Positions 1 through 7,810 of a stretch of DNA of 10,619 nt are shown one piece after another. This DNA comes from Snowella sp. (GTDB taxonomy: Bacteria > Cyanobacteriota > Cyanobacteriia > Cyanobacteriales > Microcystaceae). Both the position numbers and the translations under genes were made by a program. The notes below the pieces were generated by a model that did not search any database, had not been told where the DNA came from, and saw nothing but the letters and a program-made list of their open reading frames with translations. The stretch covers positions 1 to 10,619 of the forward strand of contig JAYKGY010000108.1 in NCBI GenBank assembly GCA_035285545.1, written 5' to 3'. The stretch's first letter is position 1. Every line of letters starts with the position of its first letter.

Positions 1-123
1 CAATCGTCTCAAACTGATTAAGCGTCAGGCTTATGGGTTTCTTAACTTTGAAAATATGCGTCGTCGCTTTTTAGCTTGCTTTTCATTATGAGTTTTACTT
101 ATCACTCTTTATTCAGAAGAACC
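1..123 (+). mobile_element. Right end of an ISL3-family insertion sequence; putative terminal inverted repeat ends at 123
   Basis: The transposase tail is followed by ...ATCACTCTTTATTCAGAAGAACC. Its reverse complement starts GGTTCTTC, a typical ISL3 GG-starting IR tip. It is followed by AT-rich ATTATTTT (124-131), a candidate 8-bp target-site duplication. The left IR is outside the window. Confidence 0.75.
2..91 (+). CDS. 3' end of an ISL3-family transposase (partial, starts before the window)
   Basis: Frame +2 reads NRLKLIKRQAYGFLNFENMRRRFLACFSL* (TGA 89-91), matching the characteristic ISL3 C-terminal motif N-x-K-L/V-I-K-R-x-A-Y-G-F-x-N. Not in the supplied ORF track. Confidence 0.9.
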   Translation, partial: NRLKLIKRQAYGFLNFENMRRRFLACFSL

Positions 124-124
124 A

Positions 125-1021
125 TTATTTTGTGATTTGATTAGCTATATGTTACGGCAGGGAATGCCAATGGAAGAATTAAAGAGACTAACTTTTTTAC
201 AAATGAGCCAACAGTCTCGTAATGCGGAAGAAGCTCTTTTAGTCGTATTAAACACCTGTGCTAGGGTGACAAAAAAAATCTCAGAAATTAACTGGAACAA
301 GCTTGACAGTTTTGGTGAATGGTTATCAAAATTACAGAGACAAAGAATTGATTTAAATAATACGTTAACCTTTAATTGCTTAAGTTATTTAAATTTAGCA
401 AATCGCATATTAATTTTGAAAGATTTATGCCAGGCAAATCTGCTAGGAGTGAATCTGCAATGGGCAAATCTAGAACGGGCGAATCTAGTGGGAGCTAATC
501 TAGTAGGAGCTAATCTAGTAGGGACGAATCTGCTAGGGGCAAATCTGGTAGGGGCTGATCTGGAAGGGGCAAATCTGGTAGGGGCGGATTTGGAAGGGGC
601 AAATCTGAAACGGGCAAATCTGGAACAGGTGGATCTAAAACAGACGTATCTGGGAGGAGTGGATCTGGAAGGGGCGGATCTAGGAAGGGCTAATCTGCAA
701 CAGGCGGATCTAGGAGGAGCTAATCTGCAACAGGCGGATCTAGAAGGGGCTAATCTGCAATGGGTGAATCTGGTAGGAGCTAATCTGGTAGGAGCTAATC
801 TGCAAAACGCATATCTACAAGGGGCTAATCTGCAAGGGGCGAATTTAGAGGGAGCGAATCTGCAAAGGGGAATTCTGCAAGGGGCGGATCTACAATGGGC
901 AGATCTACAATGGGCAAAGCTCAGAAAAGCAGATTTAGAAGGCGTTGATACTGAAAATGTTGATCTTTCTCAAGTTATTTGGGTAGATGATGATGGCAAT
1001 CCGCTTAACGAAAACCCATAA
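125..1021 (+). pseudogene. C-terminal fragment of a large pentapeptide-repeat protein (probably NACHT-NTPase + pentapeptide type), interrupted by the ISL3 element
   Basis: The frame is open from the IS boundary (LFCDLISYMLRQGMPMEEL...SRNAEEALLVVLNTCAR) with no convincing RBS or start. From recall, this block is the internal pre-repeat segment of long cyanobacterial NACHT/pentapeptide proteins. It is followed by many A(N/D)Lxx repeats. The ORF track calls 137..1021 from a TTG. Confidence 0.7.
430..970 (+). repeat. Pentapeptide-repeat coding array (15-bp period, A[N/D]Lxx)
   Basis: Recurrent GC(N)[A/G]ATCT(N) units, including near-identical 30-bp duplications such as GCTAATCTGCAACAGGCGGATCTAG twice around 688-743. 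Confidence 0.95.
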
Positions 1022-1293
1022 TTTTAATTGATAATGGACACTAGATAATTATGAACTAATCGGCGATCAATATTTTTTTGTTTAGCTTAACAGCTTGTTA
1101 CGTTCCTTCGCGTTGTTAAGCTTTGAAAGCGCGATCAAGTTTTAGTGGTAGAGATTTGGAAAGGGCGATTACTATTTGTATCCTTATCTTGAAAATCATC
1201 AAATATGCTTAACCCTCCTGAACACACTCTTGATACTGCGTTAAAATACGGGCTTCTAGCTAGATTCAATTCTCTCTGTCCGTGAGGTTGCTA

Positions 1294-1899
1294 ATGACCT
1301 ACATTTTGCCTAAAACCTTGACTTTTGCAGAATTTATTGCTCAATATGGCGATAATCCTGCCTATGAACTAATTGATGGAGAACTACGGGAAATGGAACC
1401 CACAGGCCCCCACGAAACCGTTGCGGGGAATATTGCAGGTCGTATTTTTGTTGAAATTTTAAAAGCTAATCTAAATTGGATTGTTCCTAAAAATTGTTTA
1501 ATTAAGCCACCTGCTGCCGAAGCAATGGCTTTACGTCCTGATGTCATTGTTTTAGATGAAGATCAACTTACTCAGGAACCCTTATGGCAAAAAGAACCCA
1601 TTATTTGTAATGGACAGACGATAAAGCTAGTTGTTGAAGTCGTCAGTACTAATTGGCAAGATGATTATGCCCGAAAAGTTGAGGAATATGCGTTTTTAGG
1701 GATTGCTGAATATTGGATTGTGGATTATCTGGGTTTAGGGGGTGTGGCATTTATTGGTAAGCCCAAACAACCCAAATTTACCGTTTGCCGTCTGGTCAAT
1801 GATGTCTATGGGCAGGAGCAATATAATTTGAATGAACGAATTGATTCGACCTTATTTCCCGATTTAAAACTATGCTTAGCCGATCTTTTACCTCGTTGA
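1294..1899 (+). CDS. Uma2-family (DUF820) PD-(D/E)XK putative endonuclease
   Basis: Motifs YELIDG, P..PH, RPDVIV, LVVEVVS, K..EYA..GI.EYWIVD. ATG at 1294 preceded by GTGAGG is a more likely start than GTG 1282. Confidence 0.93.
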   Translation: MTYILPKTLTFAEFIAQYGDNPAYELIDGELREMEPTGPHETVAGNIAGRIFVEILKANLNWIVPKNCLIKPPAAEAMALRPDVIVLDEDQLTQEPLWQKEPIICNGQTIKLVVEVVSTNWQDDYARKVEEYAFLGIAEYWIVDYLGLGGVAFIGKPKQPKFTVCRLVNDVYGQEQYNLNERIDSTLFPDLKLCLADLLPR

Positions 1900-1949
1900 G
1901 TTGTTCAATGGCGATCGCGTTTTTATTAAGTTTGGGAAGAAGCGATCGC

Positions 1950-2008
1950 TTATCTTAACAATCTTTCGTATTCTTCATGATCCAAAATCTTTGATTAGTT
2001 CGATGCAC
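1950..2008 (-). pseudogene. Internally deleted RelE/ParE-like toxin gene remnant
   Basis: GTG at 2008, directly after the upstream TAG, gives MHRTNQRFW. A shifted frame then gives DHEEYERLLR* (1982..1950). These resemble the N- and C-termini of the small ParE-like proteins (MHRTxxxFW ... WIGxHxEYxxL) that follow this antitoxin-like family. Confidence 0.7.
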
Positions 2009-2209
2009 CTACAACTCCATTAACTGACCCTTGCTTTTTTCTAACAAAGCCTCCTCAATCAAAAAATCAAGTTTTCCTGAATTAGAATCCTCCTCAAGTT
2101 GCTTGTCCCATTGTTGAGCATCTAACTCATTAATCCAATTTTTCAAATAAAGAAATTCATCATTCGTTAGAGCTTCAATTTCTGTTTGAATTAATTGTAG
2201 TTTTGTCAT
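2009..2209 (-). CDS. Small acidic antitoxin-like hypothetical protein (66 aa)
   Basis: MTKLQLIQTEIEALT...WDKQLEEDSNSGKLDFLIEEAL. The W-D-x-Q-I/L-x-x-D-x-x-x-G-K-L-D motif is recalled from a widespread small-protein family encoded upstream of ParE-like toxins. The protein is acidic and abuts the toxin remnant. Confidence 0.75.
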   Translation of the reverse strand: MTKLQLIQTEIEALTNDEFLYLKNWINELDAQQWDKQLEEDSNSGKLDFLIEEALLEKSKGQLMEL

Positions 2210-2426
2210 CTTAGTGGGCTTTTTAATAACAATTTTCCTTGTTTTAGCTTTATTTTATCGTTTTTTATGATAATGGGGTCTGGGTAGCAAAATCCTTTGG
2301 TGTCGCTGTTTTGTTGAGTTTAAGCTTTTATCACAAAAATTCAGATCCGTTCCTTTGGTATCCCGTTCTAAAAATCTGCTTCAATTAGGTCATCTTAAAC
2401 AAAAGATTTCAGATTGCAAATTGCGG

Positions 2427-4409
2427 ATGAAGATTTTATTAGTTGAAGATGATGAAGCAACTGCCCGACTACTTGCCGATACTCTAACGGCTGATAGTTA
2501 TATCGTAGATGTGGCTACGGATGGACAAATGGGCTGGGAACTCGTTGAGCGTTGGGAATACGATTTACTCGTCCTCGACATTGGATTGCCCAGACTTGAC
2601 GGACTTAACCTTTGTCGGCAAATACGGGCCAAAAACTATCGAATGCCTATCTTACTGCTAACAGCGCGGGATTCTAACGAGGAAATGATTCTCGGCTTGG
2701 ATTCTGGCGCGGATGATTATTTGACAAAGCCTTTTGATCTCTCTCTCTTGCTCGCTCGTATTCGTGTACAAGTTCGGCGAGGATACTCGAAACCTGTTTC
2801 CGCTCTTCTCACTCGGTCTCTTGCTTGCGGAACGTTAAGCTTGAATGGCGATTCTCAACAGGTCATTTACAATGATCGAGAGATTGAACTGAGGCGAAAG
2901 GAATACCAACTGCTTGAATTATTGCTGCGCTATCCAGGACGGGTTTTTAGCCGAGATGGGATTCTTGATCGCCTATGGACGAGTGAAGATTCCCCGACGG
3001 AGGGAGCCGTCACTAATTTGATTAAAGATCTGCGGCAACGCTTGAAAGGTGTTGGCATAGATCCTGAAATTATTGAAACCGTCTATGGGTCAGGTTATCG
3101 TTTAAAAAAAGAGTTACCCCAGCCTTTAGCTGATCAGACCGCTAGTGAAAAACCGAAGGAGAAAACGGTAGAGGCGATCGCGCAGGCTTCAGAATGGTTC
3201 CGCCGATCTTTACCCAAACGAATTGAGCAGTTAGCCGAGATTGAGCGAGAAGCAAGAGAAGGAACGCTAACGGCTGTTGGGCAAAAAGTAGGAAAAGAAG
3301 AGGCTCACAAATTGGTGGGTGGCTTAGGAACCTTTGGTTTTGTTGCGGACGCGATCGCTGCTCGGCAAATAGAAACGCTATTAAATGAAAAATTTCCGCT
3401 TTCTTCTGTTCAAATTGAAGCGTTGTCCCAGCATTTAAGTCTACTAAAAGAATCAATTCAGGATCTTCTGGCTGTTCCTACAAATCAACTGGTTACCTCT
3501 GATTGTAAATGGCAAAGTGATGAGGTCAAAATAACGCTTCTTGTTCTTGGATCGAGTGTATCTGAGGTTGCGGATTATCAGGGATTCCTCCAACCCTGGG
3601 GGATTCATGTTATCCATTGGGACGAACCCAAACAATTCCAAGCATTAATTGCAACGATTACGCCCGATATTTTGCTATTAGATGCAAATTCTTCAGCAAT
3701 AGACCCGTTCTCATTTTGTCGATCGCTCCGTCAAGATTTGCAGTGGGGAGATTTACCGATTCTCGTCTTGAGTGATCGCTGTGATCCGCCTTACCTCCAG
3801 CAGATCTTTGCCGCAGGAGCCGATGATTTTATTATGAAACCCGTTATCGGGCCAGAGTTAGTGAGTCGAACAATCAGCCAGGTCGAGCGATCGCGTTCCC
3901 GAAGTAAAGTGGTTCAGGCTTGTTCGGAGATCGATCCCCTGACCCAATTAGCGAGTCGTCCTTCATTTGATCGCCAACTATCCCTCCTCTGGTCACGTCT
4001 GGAATCCTTGGAATTGCCGTTAGTGTTAATGCTGGTTGAAATTGATGGGTTGAGCGTCGGTAATCGCGAGGCAAAAGATCGCGGCTTGCCACAGGTTGCT
4101 AGGGAACTGGGGAGACACGTCGATCCCAGGAAGGATCTACTCGCCCGTTATGGAGAAGCCACGTTTGTCCTGCTTTTCCCCGAAACAGCCCTCGATCAGG
4201 CGATTAAGATAGCCGATGGGATTGAACAGGCACTTGCTCGGTTAGCCTTGTCCACCGAAACGGGCGATCGCCAGAGTATCAATATCGGTATCACAGGAAC
4301 AATCCCCGTTCCTGAAAAATCAGTAAACGCCTTATTAACGATAGCTGAGCAAGCCCTACAAGCTGCCCGTTGGCGGGGGGGAAATACGTACTGTCTGTAT
4401 CCGTTCTGA
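2427..4409 (+). CDS. RcaC-like multidomain response regulator: REC - OmpR winged-HTH - HPt - atypical REC - degenerate GGDEF
   Basis: Starts MKILLVEDD (ATG 2427, preferred over TTG 2355). REC1 has LLVLD, LLLTA and YLTKPF. wHTH has KEYQLLELLL, LRQRL and IETVYGSGYRL. HPt has AHKLVGGLGTFG (His at 3306-3308). REC2 has PDILLLD and GADDFIMKP. The tail has DPLT...ARYGEATF...A..A...GGN. Confidence 0.92.
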   Translation: MKILLVEDDEATARLLADTLTADSYIVDVATDGQMGWELVERWEYDLLVLDIGLPRLDGLNLCRQIRAKNYRMPILLLTARDSNEEMILGLDSGADDYLTKPFDLSLLLARIRVQVRRGYSKPVSALLTRSLACGTLSLNGDSQQVIYNDREIELRRKEYQLLELLLRYPGRVFSRDGILDRLWTSEDSPTEGAVTNLIKDLRQRLKGVGIDPEIIETVYGSGYRLKKELPQPLADQTASEKPKEKTVEAIAQASEWFRRSLPKRIEQLAEIEREAREGTLTAVGQKVGKEEAHKLVGGLGTFGFVADAIAARQIETLLNEKFPLSSVQIEALSQHLSLLKESIQDLLAVPTNQLVTSDCKWQSDEVKITLLVLGSSVSEVADYQGFLQPWGIHVIHWDEPKQFQALIATITPDILLLDANSSAIDPFSFCRSLRQDLQWGDLPILVLSDRCDPPYLQQIFAAGADDFIMKPVIGPELVSRTISQVERSRSRSKVVQACSEIDPLTQLASRPSFDRQLSLLWSRLESLELPLVLMLVEIDGLSVGNREAKDRGLPQVARELGRHVDPRKDLLARYGEATFVLLFPETALDQAIKIADGIEQALARLALSTETGDRQSINIGITGTIPVPEKSVNALLTIAEQALQAARWRGGNTYCLYPF

Positions 4410-4441
4410 ATGTCTGATCGCTCAATTTGTGAGGTTTTAGC

Positions 4442-7246
4442 TTGAAAGGTTTCGAGATTAAAAATTATGGCGAGAAAATTCCCCTGAGTGTCCTGCTTAC
4501 TGTCCCGTTTATTGTGTTGGTATTGGGCGCAGTGGGAACGGTTGCTTACCTGTCTGATCGCAGTGGCCGACGCTCCATTGATGCGTTAGCCGAGCGGCTG
4601 ACCTATCAAGTATCGGAACGAGTCAGCGATCGCCTCACGGAATATCTCCGCACCCCCCTCGCGATCGTTCAACTCAATCGAACTGCCCTAGAAAATGGAG
4701 AATTGAATCCCAACAATTTTCAGCAATTAGAACGGAATTTTCTCAATAAAATTCGAGCTTTCCAATCCCTTTCGACCCTTTCTTTTGGCAATAATCAAGG
4801 AGAAGTTCTCGGTGTGGGGAGAGACCGATCCGGAATTGTGACCTTACCCAATCAATTGACTGTTTGGGAGGCAGTGGGGCCAACTCCCAATATTCGACGT
4901 TTTTATGAGATTGATGCCCAAGGAAATCGCGGAAAAGTGATTCACATGACCCGCTCGTTCGATGCCCGTCAACGGGGTTGGTATAAAGCGGCCATTCAAG
5001 TAGGGCGAAAAGCCTGGTCGCCGATTTTTGCGATTTTAAATCTTCCCCTCGCCTCCATATCTGCCGTCGCGCCCGTTTATCGGAATGGTAAGTTAATCGG
5101 CGTTACCAGTTCGGATATTCTACTTTCCGATTTCAGCCTATTTCTCGCTTCTTTAGAAATTTCTCCCCAGGGCCAAGTGTTGATCATCGAGCGTTCTGGA
5201 GATTTGGTTGCTACCTCTACCCTAGAAAAACCTTTTATTCGCAATATTAACGGTGAGCAGTTAATCCGTCTATTGGCTCGTCATAGTCAAGATCCGATAA
5301 CTCGTTCGACCATGATTGCCCTGTTAGATCGTTGGCCCAATCTGCACGACATCCGATCGCGAGAACGTTTCGACCTGACGCTAAATCGCCAACAACATTT
5401 TGCCTGGGTTCAGCCCTACCGAGAACCATTAGGTATCGACTGGTTGATCATTACGGTTATTCCCGAATCCGATTTTATGGCTGATATCCGGCGTGTTAAC
5501 GAGCGAACCCTGCTGTTGTCAGGATTGACCCTACTGTTAGCCACCGGAATGGGTATCTTGACTGCCCGAATAATTGTTCGTCCTCTCCAACGGCTACAGT
5601 CCGCGGCCAATGCCTTGACCAAGGGAGAGCTAGACTATCCGGTTCGTATTGATGGTGTGGGAGAAGTGGCTAAACTTGCAGGTGCTTTTCGAGAAATGGC
5701 CAGCCAACTGGATCGCTCTTTTCGGTCTATAGAGGCCAGCGAACGTATGCGTGCCAACCATGAACAAGAACTTGAACAGCGGGTTGCTGAACAACGTAAA
5801 ATTATTTGGGAAAATGAGGCGATTTATCGCGCGATCGTCAATGCATTACCGGATTCGTTGCTCCGTATGCGTCGAGATGGCACCTATCTCGATATTCAAC
5901 TCGCCCCTGATATTGCTTCAATGCCTCCACCCCCAATCGCGTCCCTAGCTAAAGGCGAAAATGTTCGAGCCGTGTTATCCTCTGAAGCCGCAGAACGACG
6001 ATTAGACGCAATAGCGCAGGCAATTTTGACAGGAGAAGTACAGGTTTACGAATTTCCCCTAACCGACGAAGAAACGACCTACTGGTGGGAAGCGCGGGTC
6101 GTTCCCTTAAATCATGACGAAGCGTTAGTAATCGTGCGAGATCTGACGGAATGGAAGCAGGGAGAGCAGGCACTACGGGAAAGTGAAGAGAGATTTCGTC
6201 AAGCGTTTGAAGAGGCTCCGATTGGGGTAGCCCTGGTGGATCTAGATGGACGATTTTTGAGGGTTAATCACGCGCTCTGTGAGATTTTGGACTATAATCC
6301 CCGTGAACTTCTTGTTTTGACCCTTCGAGATATTGTGCATCCCGATGATCAAGCGACTGACGAGGAACGTTTGCGTCAAATCATGACCGATGAGATCCGT
6401 TCCTATCAAGTGGAAAAACGCTTCTTTAATCGTCAAAGAGCCATTGTTTGGATTTCCCTCAATGTTTCGCTGGTGCGGGAGAGAACAACGCCCCCTTACT
6501 TTATTGTTCAAATGCAAGATATCAGCGATCGCTATCAGATTGAGCGGATCAAAAACGAATTCATTTCTGCGGTTAGCCACGAATTACGGACACCGCTGAC
6601 AGCCATTAGGGGGTCTCTCGGCTTACTAGATTCAGGATTCTACCAAGATAAACCGGAGCGATCAGCCGAACTCCTGCATATTGCCCTCAATAACAGTGAG
6701 CGTTTGGTGCGTTTAGTGAACGATATTCTCGACCTGGAACGCTTGGAATCGGGAAAAATTAAATTTATCCTCGAACCTTGTTGGGCAAGCAATCTGGCCA
6801 CCCAAGCCCTAGAATCGGTGGGGGTATTAGCCGATGAAGCTGCGATTACCTTAATAAACAATACTGAGGCAGTCGAAATTCTGGCTGCTCCCGATGCTAT
6901 TGTGCAGACCCTCACCAATTTACTCAGTAATGCCATTAAGTTTTCGCCCCCGCATAGCACCATTGACTTAAAAACGGCGATCGCTGGCGAAAATCATCGT
7001 TCTTTTCTCCAATTTGCCGTCAACGATCAGGGACAGGGTATCCCAGAGGATAAATTAACCTCAATTTTTGACCGCTTCGGACAAGTCAACATTTCTGATT
7101 CTCGCCAAAAAGGGGGGACGGGATTGGGTCTGGCCATTTGTAAAAGTATTGTCGAACAACACGGCGGTAAAATTTGGGTTGAGAGCGTGCTAGGTAAAGG
7201 TAGCACCTTTTATTTCACGATACCTTTAGGAAAGCCAGCAGAATGA
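4442..7246 (+). CDS. Membrane-bound sensor histidine kinase: TM - Cache-like extracytoplasmic domain - TM - HAMP - PAS - PAS - HisKA - HATPase
   Basis: TM1 VLLTVPFIVLVLGAVGTVAYL. Cache hallmarks FDARQRGWY, WSPIF and LIGVTSSDI. TM2 followed by HAMP (IVRPLQRL...EVAKLAGAFREM). PAS motifs (ALPD...RDLTE; FEEAPIG, VHPDD, QDISDR). H-box SHELRTPL, N-box NLLSNAIKF, G1 DQGQGI, G2 GGTGLGL. GAGG RBS at 4431-4434 before the TTG. Confidence 0.95.
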   Translation: MKGFEIKNYGEKIPLSVLLTVPFIVLVLGAVGTVAYLSDRSGRRSIDALAERLTYQVSERVSDRLTEYLRTPLAIVQLNRTALENGELNPNNFQQLERNFLNKIRAFQSLSTLSFGNNQGEVLGVGRDRSGIVTLPNQLTVWEAVGPTPNIRRFYEIDAQGNRGKVIHMTRSFDARQRGWYKAAIQVGRKAWSPIFAILNLPLASISAVAPVYRNGKLIGVTSSDILLSDFSLFLASLEISPQGQVLIIERSGDLVATSTLEKPFIRNINGEQLIRLLARHSQDPITRSTMIALLDRWPNLHDIRSRERFDLTLNRQQHFAWVQPYREPLGIDWLIITVIPESDFMADIRRVNERTLLLSGLTLLLATGMGILTARIIVRPLQRLQSAANALTKGELDYPVRIDGVGEVAKLAGAFREMASQLDRSFRSIEASERMRANHEQELEQRVAEQRKIIWENEAIYRAIVNALPDSLLRMRRDGTYLDIQLAPDIASMPPPPIASLAKGENVRAVLSSEAAERRLDAIAQAILTGEVQVYEFPLTDEETTYWWEARVVPLNHDEALVIVRDLTEWKQGEQALRESEERFRQAFEEAPIGVALVDLDGRFLRVNHALCEILDYNPRELLVLTLRDIVHPDDQATDEERLRQIMTDEIRSYQVEKRFFNRQRAIVWISLNVSLVRERTTPPYFIVQMQDISDRYQIERIKNEFISAVSHELRTPLTAIRGSLGLLDSGFYQDKPERSAELLHIALNNSERLVRLVNDILDLERLESGKIKFILEPCWASNLATQALESVGVLADEAAITLINNTEAVEILAAPDAIVQTLTNLLSNAIKFSPPHSTIDLKTAIAGENHRSFLQFAVNDQGQGIPEDKLTSIFDRFGQVNISDSRQKGGTGLGLAICKSIVEQHGGKIWVESVLGKGSTFYFTIPLGKPAE

Positions 7247-7623
7247 GTAAACGAATCTTGATTGTCGATGATGAATTTGAAATTCTTTTTGTTTTACAAA
7301 GAGTGTTTGAAGATTTTGCGGGTTGGCAAACGGTAGGTGCAATCTCCAGCAGTGAGGGCTTACGGCTCGCGTCGGCAGAAATTTTTGATGCAATCGTCCT
7401 CGATGTTTCTCTTCCAGATATGGACGGGTTCGAGTTTCTTGATCGTCTCCGCAGTGATCCGAGAACGGTGGCTGTTCCTGTGGTTTTACTAACCGCTAAA
7501 GTTACACCCAGCGATCGCCAGCGTTTTGCTAAATTGCCCATTGCGGGAGTCATTGCGAAACCCTTTGACCCGATGACGGTTTGGCAGGAGGTGGATGAGG
7601 TGTTGGGCTGGAAAGACGCTTAG
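7243..7623 (+). CDS. Single-domain (CheY/RcaF-like) response regulator
   Basis: ILIVDDE, IVLDVSLP, LLTAK, IAKPF: all catalytic residues are present. Overlaps the kinase stop by ATGA, consistent with translational coupling. Confidence 0.95.
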   Translation: MSKRILIVDDEFEILFVLQRVFEDFAGWQTVGAISSSEGLRLASAEIFDAIVLDVSLPDMDGFEFLDRLRSDPRTVAVPVVLLTAKVTPSDRQRFAKLPIAGVIAKPFDPMTVWQEVDEVLGWKDA

Positions 7624-7653
7624 TTCAGCGATCGCCTTTTCAAAACCTCAAAT

Positions 7654-7709
7654 CACCATATAAGTTTCATATTTTTTCTTGTAAGTTTCTTAGCTTCTTT
7701 TTTTAAATT
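7654..7709 (+). promoter_or_regulatory. Putative OmpR-type direct-repeat operator array plus -10 box upstream of the membrane pentapeptide gene
   Basis: Heptamers TTTCATA 7665-7671, TTTCTTG 7675-7681 and TTTCTTA 7686-7692; TAAATT at 7704-7709, 11 nt after the last heptamer. 7675-7693 is 18/19 identical to 9080-9098. Confidence 0.65.
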
Positions 7710-7810
7710 GGAAAAGTCAGTTTGAATCGACTTTGTTAATGGCGATCACAGTAACCCCCTTCACTTCCCCGCGATTCCAAGGTTTTTAAAGAAACTTTTT
7801 AGAGGAAAAT

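Noticed and set aside
430..970. Regular short repeats as a possible CRISPR array
   Set aside because: The 15-bp periodic degenerate units are in-frame coding pentapeptides with no unique spacers.
2355..2426. N-terminal extension of the regulator from TTG 2355
   Set aside because: The receiver domain begins canonically at MKILLVEDD (ATG 2427), and the extension has no recognisable features.
2427..7623. Naming the genes rcaC/rcaE/rcaF (chromatic acclimation)
   Set aside because: Only the architecture is similar. The kinase has no bilin GAF domain, no phycobiliprotein genes are nearby, and no TTGCACA L-box was seen.
7713..7734. AAAGTC...GACTTT inverted repeat
   Set aside because: Only 6-bp arms with no U-tract or second copy, so too weak to call.
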